A DNA stretch of 64,000 bases. It comes from Nitrospira sp. CG24D. GTDB lineage: Bacteria; Nitrospirota; Nitrospiria; Nitrospirales; Nitrospiraceae. Under the pieces are notes generated by a model. The model saw only the letters and a program-made list of their open reading frames with translations. It ran no database searches and had not been told where the DNA came from. The stretch lies in the NCBI GenBank assembly GCA_002869855.2, contig NEWQ02000006.1:67045-131044 (forward strand), read 5' to 3'. Below are positions 1-8,310 of the stretch, one piece after another (the first letter of the stretch is position 1; each line of letters starts with the position of its first letter). A program made the position numbers and the translations under genes.

Positions 1-240
1 AAGCCTAAAGGTCCTACACCGTCCCTGATTGGCAGTACCAACGGCAGGCCTCGCCGCATCGATATTCTCGGAAAATCGAAATGCTCCCGCTGCCACACAG
101 CTTTGGCAGCGGGAACGACATGCGTTGCAATCCCAAAATTAGGGACAGGCTACTCTTGCTTAAAGCGTGTGTGTGACGACTGCTTTCAACAAATCTTGCA
201 AAAAACCGCTGAAGACCTCGAAGCAGTTAAGGCGATATAG
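1..240 (+). CDS. 3' end of a hypothetical Cys-rich protein (runs off the left edge)
   Basis: Frame 1 is open from base 1 to TAG at 238-240. The translation ends ...KSKCSRCHTALAAGTTCVAIPKLGTGYSCLKRVCDDCFQQILQKTAEDLEAVKAI. The CxxC ... C ... CxxC spacing suggests a zinc ribbon. It is absent from the ORF track because it is truncated. Confidence 0.4.
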   Translation, partial: KPKGPTPSLIGSTNGRPRRIDILGKSKCSRCHTALAAGTTCVAIPKLGTGYSCLKRVCDDCFQQILQKTAEDLEAVKAI

Positions 241-297
241 ATCTAGGGTTGCGATTTGCGACCCATCAAGCAAACAGACCAGTTAAAGTAGCCGAAT

Positions 298-357
298 GGG
301 CTGCTGCCGGTTTCAAAGACATCGAGTTAGGTTTATGAATGAAACCGGTAGCAGCCC
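298..357 (+). other. Long hairpin (17-bp stem, 26-nt loop) between the truncated ORF and repeat copy A
   Basis: GGGCTGCTGCCGGTTTC (298-314) pairs with GAAACCGGTAGCAGCCC (341-357), with one G-U. No U-tract follows, so it is not a clear intrinsic terminator. Confidence 0.5.
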
Positions 358-380
358 ATGAACCGGAAAAGGCGAGGTGA

Positions 381-582
381 TTATTTCAAACTGTCTCAAT
401 GGAGGGGTTCACCCCACAAGCTTGTGCTAATTTTGTGCTAAAAGCCGTTCGAATCCACAACATCCTCTGAAATCAATAGACATCCTGGAATGTTCTTAAG
501 TCTCGGCATTTAAATATGAAACGGGGAAACCATTTGAAACACCGAGCCTTTTTAAAATCGTCTTGCTCACATTCCTAAACCG
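381..582 (+). repeat. Copy A of a 202-nt non-coding repeat
   Basis: Aligns to 3871-4072 at a constant offset of +3490. I count 173/202 identities and no indels. It has no credible ORF. Confidence 0.85.
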
Positions 583-588
583 TTTGTC

Positions 589-616
589 GTACGTTCAATT
601 CGTATCGGGGGCACCA
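589..616 (+). other. tRNA 3'-end-like minihelix (T-arm, acceptor 3' strand, ACCA); fragment only
   Basis: GTACG-TTCAATT-CGTAT (T stem-loop with a canonical TTCAA-type loop), then CGGGGGC-A-CCA. No matching 5' acceptor strand (GCCCCCG) or anticodon arm lies upstream. Confidence 0.55.
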
Positions 617-1192
617 AATAGCAATCGCTCGTGCCGTCGGCCCCTTCCCTGTGCGCACTGGACACATCTTCTCTCATCGATACGGAGTTCAAATTCGCTT
701 GCCCGCTGAGCGTGGTTGCGTATACTCATTCTGAAGAAGCGAACCACCTTGAGAAAGGAGCGACCGTGTCGAAGCGCAACACCTTGAATTGAGTTGGTAC
801 TGACAAAACTGCTCCACCAATTCCACTAAGGGTCGCGTCATGACAGTGCCTTTCCGGTCCCCGCCACAACCACGACTTCGCCGGGGGGAAGTATGCGGAG
901 GCACTAGCCAGTCGTCAAGCCGTGTCGGAAGCGTCTGGGCATTGTCAGTGACGATCAGTTCCGTATCCATGCTCACATCATCGAATGATCAAACCGGGGG
1001 AGTCTTGCGACACCCCCGCACCCCCCAGATGCGCCCGCGCGTCCGCCGGCGCCGGAAGGGGGGCTGGGCGGCCCTCAGAGCATCGGCCTGGCCTTCCTGC
1101 GGCCCTTCAGGCCCGCCCGCTGCACGAAGTGCCGTCCAGCACCTCAGAATTGTCCCTGCCCTGGTTTGGGGTGGGGGCAGGGAACTGTATCG

Positions 1193-1642
1193 TTATCGAA
1201 CGAGCGCCTTCAGTTGGTCTTTATCCAATCGCGTCCCGAATTCCCGTTCGACCCGTTCGGCCATCTCCTGCCAGGTTCGCCCGGCGGCTTTCATCTCTTT
1301 GAGGACATCGAGCGCTTTTACGAGTGACCTGTCCGCCAGGCCCATGGGTTCTGGTTGGCGTATCCCCAATGCCTTGCCCAGATCATCCCGTAACGAGTCT
1401 TGGAGGGCCGCTCGACTGAATGAGGTGACGACGGGAGAGGGAGCCGTTTTGGGTTTGCGCGGACGATGCCAATAGGGACTCTTGCATCGGGGGCAGCGGA
1501 GCGGCTTCTGTGGGCGACGGGGCCACCACCTGTTCGCGCACCGCAGACAGGTTTGCTGTTGGAGCACCGGTGAGTCGGGTTTTCCCGATGCGAGTGCTCC
1601 CTTGATAGCAGCATCAGCTCGTAATCTATTGAAATCCCTCAT
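1193..1642 (-). CDS. Hypothetical zinc-ribbon protein with a helical C-terminal domain
   Basis: 149-aa ORF with CLRC...CPRC (a CxxC-x17-CxxC ribbon). The C-terminal part (GRTWQEMAERVEREFG...LDKDQLKALV) looks like a small HTH. No family was recognised. Confidence 0.45.
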   Translation of the reverse strand: MRDFNRLRADAAIKGALASGKPDSPVLQQQTCLRCANRWWPRRPQKPLRCPRCKSPYWHRPRKPKTAPSPVVTSFSRAALQDSLRDDLGKALGIRQPEPMGLADRSLVKALDVLKEMKAAGRTWQEMAERVEREFGTRLDKDQLKALVR

Positions 1643-1728
1643 CTTACGTCCCTGGAATTAGCGCCCCCGTTTTACTAAGCGGGGGCTTTCTGCCCGCCGG
1701 GCGTAGCCGGCAGGGCAGCAGTCCTCGC

Positions 1729-1959
1729 TTAGTCCATCGTGGGTTTGGCCTTGAGTCGGCGACTCAGGGCATCCATCGCCTTCATCCCAATCGTGCGTCC
1801 GACGATCCTCAAGGCTTGCAGCTCCCCATCCACGATCATTTCCATGAGCATGCAGGCCCGGATGTACTCCGAGACGGTCATTCCGGCTTTCTTCGCGCAC
1901 TTCTCGATCAACGCCTTTTCTTCTTCGTTTACCCGAAACTGCATCATTTGGGTTTTCAT
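1729..1959 (-). CDS. Ribbon-helix-helix (CopG/MobC-like) protein, antitoxin-like
   Basis: The internal ATG at 1959 is preceded by GGAGGA. The 76-aa product is MKTQMMQFRVNEEEKALIEKCAKKAGMTVSEYIRACML..., a typical RHH signature. Confidence 0.7.
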   Translation of the reverse strand: MKTQMMQFRVNEEEKALIEKCAKKAGMTVSEYIRACMLMEMIVDGELQALRIVGRTIGMKAMDALSRRLKAKPTMD

Positions 1960-2086
1960 AAATCCTCCAGTGTCTGTCAGACTGCATGACAAACACTGTA
2001 CGTCACTGTGCATGACGAATGCAAGCGTCGACGGGATCATCGTAAGGCGGTACGATGATCGATGCGTGTATCGTAAGGAGGTAGCA

Positions 2087-2296
2087 ATGGCCACAACGAC
2101 GATCTCATCCAAGTTCCAGGTCGTGATCCCGAAGGAGGTCCGGGAGAAGCTGCATCTCACTCCCAGCCAGCGCTTGCAGGTGGTGGAAAAGGGCGGCGTC
2201 ATTTATCTGGTGCCAGAAGTGCCGCTGAAATCGCTGAAGGGTGCGCTCAAGGGTATGTCCGCGACAGATCTACGAGAGAAGAAGGATCGGATGTGA
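2087..2296 (+). CDS. vapB: AbrB/MazE/SpoVT-family antitoxin (VapB-like)
   Basis: ATG at 2087 follows AGGAGG. The 69-aa product starts MATTTISSKFQVVIPKEVREKLHLTPSQRL..., the swapped-hairpin antitoxin motif. Confidence 0.8.
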   Translation: MATTTISSKFQVVIPKEVREKLHLTPSQRLQVVEKGGVIYLVPEVPLKSLKGALKGMSATDLREKKDRM

Positions 2297-2469
2297 AGAT
2301 TTTGCTGGATTCCAGCGGCTGGATCGAGTCCTTTTCCAATGGACCGTTAGCCGACCAGTAAGCTCAGTATCTCACGCCCAAGTATCAACTCATCACGCCC
2401 ACGATCGTGCTGTATGAGGTCAACAAGAAGATGAGACGGGAATGAGGAGAGGAAACCGCATCGACGTGC
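2293..2469 (+). pseudogene. vapC: Decayed PIN-domain toxin (vapC) with two in-frame stops and 3' truncation
   Basis: GTG at 2293 overlaps the vapB stop (ATGTGA). It reads VKILLDSSGWIESFSNGPLADQ, then TAA (2359-2361), then AQYLTPKYQLITPTIVLYEVNKKMRRE, then TGA (2443-2445). The first PIN Asp (LLDSS) and Glu (YEV) are present. The distal acidic residues are missing and the region runs into the acyltransferase 3' end. Confidence 0.6.
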
Positions 2470-3525
2470 TTAACGAGGGGAAGCATCTTCTGGCGATGTA
2501 ACTCGCAAGGCGATAGGGATGGATACCCGCCTATGTTTTAGCTGGCCAGCGAGTCTTACTCCCAGGGCCATCATCGGCGCTTCGATCAGGTGAAACAAGA
2601 CCACAGGAAGTCCCGCACTCAGGACGAGAAGAACGAGCCAGCGAACCCCAAGTGGATAGTCGTTCAAGACGACGAACGCGATCCATAAGGCATAGAGATG
2701 GGTGAGATAGATCCCGTAGGAGTATCGGGCTATCCATGCGACGGCTGTGCGGAGCCATGTTAACTGCAATTCCTGGATATACGGCAGGGCGAATCCGACC
2801 AGAAGGCATGCGAGCCACTTCGCCGAGACGCCCAGCACGCTTTCATACATGAGGGGGACACCAGCTAGCAGAATGACCAACACGAGTCCAACAGACGGAA
2901 ACCGGCGTGCCCGTCGACCAAGAAAGTAGCTGGCCACCCCTGCGAGAAAGCACGGCACGAATTGGGCAATCGCCAGCCGTTCGGAGATCAAGGGTTGAAT
3001 GAGGGCCCCTACCCCCGCCACCAGCCATAGGCCCATCAGGCCCTTGAGGCCATACCGCTTTCCTGCGAGATACAGAAACGGCAGGACCGCGTACATTTGC
3101 ACTTCATAGGGCAGGCTCCAGAGGACCGAGGTTACGACGGGTTCATAGACGAGGTTGGTATAGAGCAAGAGGTTCGCCACGATGGTCGAGACCCCAACCT
3201 CCGACCAGGGCCACCAGGGAGCACGGGGGAGATGCCAGGCGACGATCAGGCCGACGCACACCATGCTCAACGGGTAAATGCGAAAGACCCGCTGAAGGTA
3301 AAACGTGGAGAAGAACGGCTGACCGCTGTACTCGATCCGTTCCAGAGTCATCATCAAAACCAAGCTGGTATGCACGAAGAACAGTAGGACCCCAAATTGA
3401 CCGACGGCATCCGGCAGGCGTGTCCCTATGGTAATCGACAGGTGAAAGATATAGACGAACAACACGGCGATTGCCCGAAGGACGTTGAGATTGGCCGACT
3501 GATAGGGATGCACGGGATCGGACAT
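2470..3525 (-). CDS. Membrane acyltransferase, family 3 (OafA/YrhL-like)
   Basis: 351-aa polytopic ORF. The N-terminus NLNVLRAIAVLFVYIFHL is typical of acyltransferase_3. Confidence 0.8.
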   Translation of the reverse strand: MSDPVHPYQSANLNVLRAIAVLFVYIFHLSITIGTRLPDAVGQFGVLLFFVHTSLVLMMTLERIEYSGQPFFSTFYLQRVFRIYPLSMVCVGLIVAWHLPRAPWWPWSEVGVSTIVANLLLYTNLVYEPVVTSVLWSLPYEVQMYAVLPFLYLAGKRYGLKGLMGLWLVAGVGALIQPLISERLAIAQFVPCFLAGVASYFLGRRARRFPSVGLVLVILLAGVPLMYESVLGVSAKWLACLLVGFALPYIQELQLTWLRTAVAWIARYSYGIYLTHLYALWIAFVVLNDYPLGVRWLVLLVLSAGLPVVLFHLIEAPMMALGVRLAGQLKHRRVSIPIALRVTSPEDASPR

Positions 3526-3870
3526 GCACCGTTTCTACCAGAATTCAGCTCGGCACACTAGCCTACGAACGTATCGTATAAGGCTGACTGGTTATCTAAT
3601 TCACTCTGAATCCTCATCTATTCCGTAGAATCCTTATCTATCCCGCAAATGGGATCAAAACAACTTATTGCAATGAGGACATGCAATGTCACCATCGTTC
3701 CCGCAGTCTTCACAGTAGGGCTCGCAATCGGTCCACTCGAACACGGAGAAACCTCTTTACAGAGAGGACATCTGGCCAGGATGTTCCTATCCCACTTCTG
3801 AGGGAAGATCTTGAAGCATTTGGCATTGTCTTCAGCACAGGGTCAGACCAACGTCAACCTCCAAGTGTGC

Positions 3871-4072
3871 TCATTTCAAACTGTCTCAACCGAGGGGTTC
3901 ACCCCATGAGCTTGTGCTAAATTTGTGCTAAAAGTTGTTCGAATCCATGAGAACCTCTGAAGTCAGTAGAGTTGCTGGAATCTTCTTAAGTCTCGGTATT
4001 AAAATAAAAAATAGGGAAACCATTTGAGATACCGAGACTTTTAAAAATCGTCTTACTCACATTCCTAAACCG
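3871..4072 (+). repeat. Copy B of the 202-nt non-coding repeat (the better-structured copy)
   Basis: About 86 percent identical to 381-582. It contains a perfect 11-bp hairpin, AGTCTCGGTAT (3989-3999) with ATACCGAGACT (4029-4039). Confidence 0.85.
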
Positions 4073-4195
4073 CTGATCGGCTTTTTGATGCTTCCCCTTT
4101 CAATGGGCTGTTTGTTTTAGTCGCGCTGTCTTTCATATTAATGAAGCCTTCTAATTCTGCGTAAAATAAGGGCGAAGTCGTAGTCATCTTTAAAC

Positions 4196-4223
4196 ACGGG
4201 TTCAAATCCCGTTGGGACCACCA
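4196..4223 (+). other. Second tRNA 3'-end-like minihelix (fragment); candidate att or island boundary
   Basis: ACGGG-TTCAAAT-CCCGT, then TGGGACC-A-CCA. No 5' acceptor complement (GGTCCCA) or anticodon arm was found upstream. The AT-rich patch ends here and core genes follow. Confidence 0.55.
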
Positions 4224-4614
4224 TCCCGAGCTTGCTTGGCGGGAGCCGCTTCCCGCGGCGATCCGCGAAATCCTGAACATCAACTTTCTCCCATCACTCC
4301 CATGTTCACGCGTCGCTGTCCCCGAGAGTGGCGCGCGGAGAAAATCTCCGGGATCTCTCACTCCTTCCGCCGCATGCCGGTTGGCCTGATTCTGAGCCAT
4401 CGTTCGCGATCGGATGCCGCATTGTGGAGCATCGTCTTCCCTCGTTGGGGCCGCGTTTTTCTCTTTCATGTTTGTGTGTGCGGAATTCTATCTGTGTCGC
4501 GTGATGTGAATTGCATGCAGTCGTGTCCGGCGCGTGCTTCATTGACGCCTCTAGCACCGGTTGTGTATAAGGAATGCGCCTTTTGTAATCATATTTTTGG
4601 ACGGTGATGGGCTT

Positions 4615-5721
4615 ATGGCGACACGTGAATTTCATGACGGCGGGAAAGACGGCTTAGAAGCCCTGGAGCCGCTCGACCCGGACAAAATCAGCTCCTTCAA
4701 CGATCTGTTGGTCGCGATGGGCAAGACGGCGTTCGGCGGCCGGCGGTTGGGCGAAGCGTTCGAAGTCCTCAATGCGATGATCGAGGATGCCGACTGCAAG
4801 GTTGTGTTGACGCTTTCCGGGGCCATGACTATCGCCAAGATGGGCAAGATCATCAGCACGATGGTGGATCGCGGGATGGTCCACTGTATTATTTCCACCG
4901 GCGCGCTGATCGCGCATGGCCTGAGCGAGTCGATCGGAAAGACGCATTATCGTGTCAATCCGGCGATGTCCGATGAGGAGTTGTTCGAGAAGGGATACAA
5001 CCGCGTCTACGATACGCTGGAGATGGAATCCAATCTCAACTATGTCGAGCAGGTGGTTTCGCAGACGCTGAAGCGCATGAATTATGATACGCCGCTCTCT
5101 TCTGAAATCCTGACACGTGAGTTGGGTAAGACGTTGGCGGAAGAGTATGAAGGAGACGGGATTCTGAAGAGCGCCTATCTGAAGAAGGTGCCGGTCTATA
5201 TCCCCGCCTTTACCGATTCGGAAATGGGATTGGATGTGGGGACGTGGGCCATGGGAAGAGCCATTGATAAGGCCCGTGCCCAAGTGAAGCCGGGCGACGA
5301 TCTGACGGTGCTGCGCAGTATCCATCAGTCCCTCCCGTCCTTCAATCCCTACCTGGACCTCAATAGTTATGCCGGTCAGATTTTGTCCGCCAAGAAGATC
5401 GGGATTTTTACGATCGGCGGCGGGGTGCCGCGAAATTGGGCGCAACAGGTCGGACCCTATATTGAAATCGGCAACCATCGGCTGGGTCTCGCTGTGAAGC
5501 CGCCACGGTTCCACTATGGCGTGCGGATCTGCCCCGAACCGGATTATTGGGGCGGCCTGAGCGGCTGCACCTACCAAGAGGGAATTTCCTGGGGCAAGTT
5601 TGTTCCGCCGGCCGACGGGGGACGGTTTGCCGAAGTGCTCAGCGATGCGACCGTGGTGTGGCCGCTGCTGATGATGGGTTTGTTGGAACGGCAGCGGGTG
5701 CGGGACAAGCGACGGTCATGA
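4615..5721 (+). CDS. Deoxyhypusine synthase-like protein (homospermidine-synthase-type)
   Basis: 368 aa from the ATG at 4615, with family-typical stretches (LTLSGAMTIAKMG, ISTGALIAHG, GGGVPRNW). The ORF-track TTG at 4561 is less likely to be the start. Confidence 0.85.
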   Translation: MATREFHDGGKDGLEALEPLDPDKISSFNDLLVAMGKTAFGGRRLGEAFEVLNAMIEDADCKVVLTLSGAMTIAKMGKIISTMVDRGMVHCIISTGALIAHGLSESIGKTHYRVNPAMSDEELFEKGYNRVYDTLEMESNLNYVEQVVSQTLKRMNYDTPLSSEILTRELGKTLAEEYEGDGILKSAYLKKVPVYIPAFTDSEMGLDVGTWAMGRAIDKARAQVKPGDDLTVLRSIHQSLPSFNPYLDLNSYAGQILSAKKIGIFTIGGGVPRNWAQQVGPYIEIGNHRLGLAVKPPRFHYGVRICPEPDYWGGLSGCTYQEGISWGKFVPPADGGRFAEVLSDATVVWPLLMMGLLERQRVRDKRRS

Positions 5722-6458
5722 ATAGTTTTCGGCGTGGCATGATGATGGCGGGTTGGGCGATTGCCTGCTGTCTCGCCCTGTTTCCGTCTCTGTCCGGTGC
5801 CAAGGACGAGCCTGGTCAAGCGGAGACTCGCATGAGGGGTCAGGCCAACGCGCCGGTGACCCTGATCGAGTATTCGGATTTCACCTGCGGCTACTGTTTG
5901 AAATTTTTTCGCGAGACCTGGCCGAGAATCCAAGCCCGTTATGTGGATACCGGCAAAGTGAAGTTTCTCTACCGGGATTATCCGCGCGCTGACCAGGGCC
6001 CTGGTCTCGATGCGGCGTTGGCGGCGCGTTGCGCCGGGGTACAGGGGAAGTATTGGGCGATGCACGATCGCCTGTTTGCAGAGGGTGGGCGGATAGATCA
6101 AGCGGTTATTCTGCGGCACGCCGTCGCCATCGGGTTGACCCAAGCGACATTTGAACGCTGCCTCAAAGAAAAATCTCACGTCGCGTCAATTTTTGAAGAT
6201 CGGGAAGAGGCCAATCGCTGGGGATTTCACGGAACCCCCGGGTTCATTCTCATGCGGACGGCGGGCGGTCCTACGGAGAAGGAACCGGCGATCGCGATCC
6301 CTGGAGCGTTTCCGTTTGAAATGTTTGCCGAAGAAATCGATCGGCTGCTCGCGAGTGCTCCGCATTCACGCGGAGAGACAGAGCGTGAGTCTCTCGGTCG
6401 GCCCGTGCGGTCTGTTGAACGCTCAAGGCCGCTTGTTCGTGATCCACACGTGCCATAA
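5718..6458 (+). CDS. DsbA-family thiol:disulfide oxidoreductase (secreted)
   Basis: ATG at 5718 overlaps the upstream stop (ATGA). It has a signal peptide (MMMAGWAIACCLALFPSLSGA) and a thioredoxin-type CGYC active site (FTCGYCLKF). Confidence 0.85.
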   Translation: MNSFRRGMMMAGWAIACCLALFPSLSGAKDEPGQAETRMRGQANAPVTLIEYSDFTCGYCLKFFRETWPRIQARYVDTGKVKFLYRDYPRADQGPGLDAALAARCAGVQGKYWAMHDRLFAEGGRIDQAVILRHAVAIGLTQATFERCLKEKSHVASIFEDREEANRWGFHGTPGFILMRTAGGPTEKEPAIAIPGAFPFEMFAEEIDRLLASAPHSRGETERESLGRPVRSVERSRPLVRDPHVP

Positions 6459-6471
6459 CGTAGGAGTAACT

Positions 6472-6735
6472 ATGGCTTCCACGCAATCATTCTGGTCGGT
6501 GCCTCAGCATGAGGGTACGGCTGAGTTTTGGGTTTGTATGTCCTGTCTCGGAGAAGTATTTTACCGAAAAGTGCCGATGCCCGACTGTCCGTCCTGCCAC
6601 GGGGTGTCCACGTATGAAAGCTTTACGTTGGAAGCCGTGCGTGATTGGGGAACAGACGAACTCATTGCGAAGGCTGCGGCTGAGCAGCAGGCCGCCGAGG
6701 CGGATCAAGCGACATCGGCTCCTACCGCCTCCTAG
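6472..6735 (+). CDS. Small zinc-ribbon protein, hypothetical
   Basis: ATG at 6472 follows AGGAG. The 87-aa product has CMSC...CPSC. Confidence 0.55.
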   Translation: MASTQSFWSVPQHEGTAEFWVCMSCLGEVFYRKVPMPDCPSCHGVSTYESFTLEAVRDWGTDELIAKAAAEQQAAEADQATSAPTAS

Positions 6736-6750
6736 AGGGAGATCGCACGT

Positions 6751-8193
6751 TTGCAGGAAGCACGTCCGTTTCTCGTCCACGGAGTCTGGAAGCGCAGCGC
6801 CACCATGGTAGGCGTGACCAATCCATTCACGGGAAATGTGTTCGCGGAAGTCTGTCAGGCCGGTGAGAGTGACGTTGAAGAGGCCATCGCCTCCTCAGTG
6901 GCCACCGCGCCCGTCATGGCGAAGCTGCCATCCCATGCCCGCTATAATATTCTCCAAGATATGGCGGCCCTGCTCTATCGCCGCCGGGATGAATTTGCTC
7001 AAACGATCACGGCAGAAGCGGGCAAGCCGATCGCCGACGCGAAGCGCGAGGTCAATCGCGCTGTACAGACGTTGACGATTGCGGCGGAAGAAGCCAAGCG
7101 TATTCCCGGCGAAGTCGTTCCGCTCGATTGGACACCCCAGACCGAATCGTATCTTGGGATGGTTCGCCGGTTTCCGCTGGGTCCTATCGTCGGCATCACG
7201 CCATTTAATTTCCCCCTCAATCTGGTCGTTCACAAGGTCGCGCCGGCGCTGGCCGCCGGCAATCCGATCCTGATCAAGCCGGCTCCGCAGACCCCGCTGA
7301 CCGCGTTACTCCTGGGTGAAGTGGCCTTGGAGGCCGGACTCCCTGCCGGCGGGCTGAACGTGGTGCCGTGTGACAATGCACTCGCGGAACGGCTGGTGAT
7401 TGATCCTCGCTTCAAGTTGCTGAGTTTTACCGGCAGTGCACCGGTCGGTTGGATGTTGAAAGCCAAGTGCGGCAAGAAGAAGGTGACGCTCGAACTCGGC
7501 GGCAATGCCGGCGTGATTATCGAGCCGGATGCCGATCTTGATTTGGCTGCCAAACGGTGCGCCAGCGGCGGGTTTGGCTATGCCGGGCAAACGTGCATTT
7601 CGGTCCAGCGCATCCTCGTGCATCATTCGGTGGCCGATGCGTTTACGACCAAATTGCTGTTGCAAGTCGCCAGGCTGAAGGCCGGTGATCCGACGGATGA
7701 GACGACGACCGTTGGTCCGCTGATCGATCCTGTGGCCACGCAGCGCGTCGAGGGATGGATTGAAGAGGCCGTGGCACAAGGAGCCCGAGTGTTGCTCGGT
7801 GGAAAGCGCCTGGGAACGGTCTTGGAAGCCACGGTGCTCACGAATGTGAAGCCGGAAATGAAAGTGTCTTGCCAGGAAGTGTTTGGTCCCGTGGTTACGG
7901 TGTCGTCCTATCGGCAGTTCAGCGACGCCATTGCGGCGTTGAATCAATCGGACTACGGATTGCAGGCAGGCGTGTTCACACAGGATATCAATAAGGTCTT
8001 TCACGCCTTTCGTCATTTGGAGGTTGGCGCCGTATTAGCCAACGAGATTCCCACGTTTCGAGCGGATCACATGCCCTATGGGGGCGTAAAGGATTCCGGG
8101 TTGGGGAGAGAAGGCGTGCGAGCGGCCATTGAGGATATGACCGAGCCGCGGTTGTTAGTCCTGAATCTGAAAGAACCGGTCGGGGGATCGTAG
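6751..8193 (+). CDS. NAD(P)-dependent aldehyde dehydrogenase
   Basis: 480 aa with ALDH motifs ELGGNAG and the catalytic-Cys region GQTCISVQR. The apparent start is TTG. Confidence 0.9.
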   Translation: MQEARPFLVHGVWKRSATMVGVTNPFTGNVFAEVCQAGESDVEEAIASSVATAPVMAKLPSHARYNILQDMAALLYRRRDEFAQTITAEAGKPIADAKREVNRAVQTLTIAAEEAKRIPGEVVPLDWTPQTESYLGMVRRFPLGPIVGITPFNFPLNLVVHKVAPALAAGNPILIKPAPQTPLTALLLGEVALEAGLPAGGLNVVPCDNALAERLVIDPRFKLLSFTGSAPVGWMLKAKCGKKKVTLELGGNAGVIIEPDADLDLAAKRCASGGFGYAGQTCISVQRILVHHSVADAFTTKLLLQVARLKAGDPTDETTTVGPLIDPVATQRVEGWIEEAVAQGARVLLGGKRLGTVLEATVLTNVKPEMKVSCQEVFGPVVTVSSYRQFSDAIAALNQSDYGLQAGVFTQDINKVFHAFRHLEVGAVLANEIPTFRADHMPYGGVKDSGLGREGVRAAIEDMTEPRLLVLNLKEPVGGS

Positions 8194-8310
8194 AAATAAT
8201 CCTGTGAGGATATTGCGAACCCCGGACAATCTTGGTACAACAGCGGCCCAATGCAACGTTTTGTGAATGTAGTGTGGTCAGGCTGCGGATAGACAAGGGA
8301 GACGACGACG

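Noticed and set aside
540-616. I considered an intact tRNA gene, or a tRNA interrupted by a group I intron, at either minihelix (also 4120-4223).
   Set aside because: The sequence upstream of each T-arm cannot form an anticodon arm in any register I tried. The required 5' acceptor strands are absent within several hundred nucleotides.
840-1475. Plus-strand ORFs 840-1475 and 985-1302 in the left patch.
   Set aside because: Their translations are Arg/Pro/Ser/Gly-rich and low in complexity. They overlap each other and the more plausible minus-strand zinc-ribbon ORF. They look like frame shadows of a locally GC-rich stretch (985-1190).
3681-3920. The 79-aa plus-strand ORF reaching into repeat copy B.
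   Set aside because: It has no RBS, and it overlaps the start of the conserved non-coding repeat. The opposite strand carries the Cys-rich frame-broken remnant. It is probably non-coding.
3860-4223. I considered a tmRNA (ssrA) gene. The length of about 360 nt ending in a T-arm plus ACCA, and an island-like context, are both typical of ssrA integration sites.
   Set aside because: No 5' strand is complementary to the acceptor 3' strand (GGTCCCA was not found), and there is no G3-U70-type GGGG start. No tag reading frame ends in a hydrophobic ALAA-like peptide. Copy A lacks the 123-nt segment entirely. Reading the minus strand gives a GGATTCGAAC box but no matching 3' end.
4065-4635. ORFs 4065-4469 (minus), 4212-4607 (plus) and 4306-4635 (minus) between the minihelix and the DHS-like gene.
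   Set aside because: They overlap one another, and one reads straight through the tRNA-like fragment. I recognised no motifs. I treat 4224-4614 as an unassigned leader or promoter region.
4654-5577. Long antisense ORFs opposite well-supported genes: 4654-5577, 7306-8016, 26795-27406, 28740-29378, 44326-45522, 49034-49888, 49953-51143, 58395-59306 and 59438-60484.
   Set aside because: Each lies entirely within, and antisense to, a gene with clear family motifs. Their translations are Arg/Gly/Pro-rich and lack recognisable domains. They are typical shadow ORFs of GC-rich DNA.
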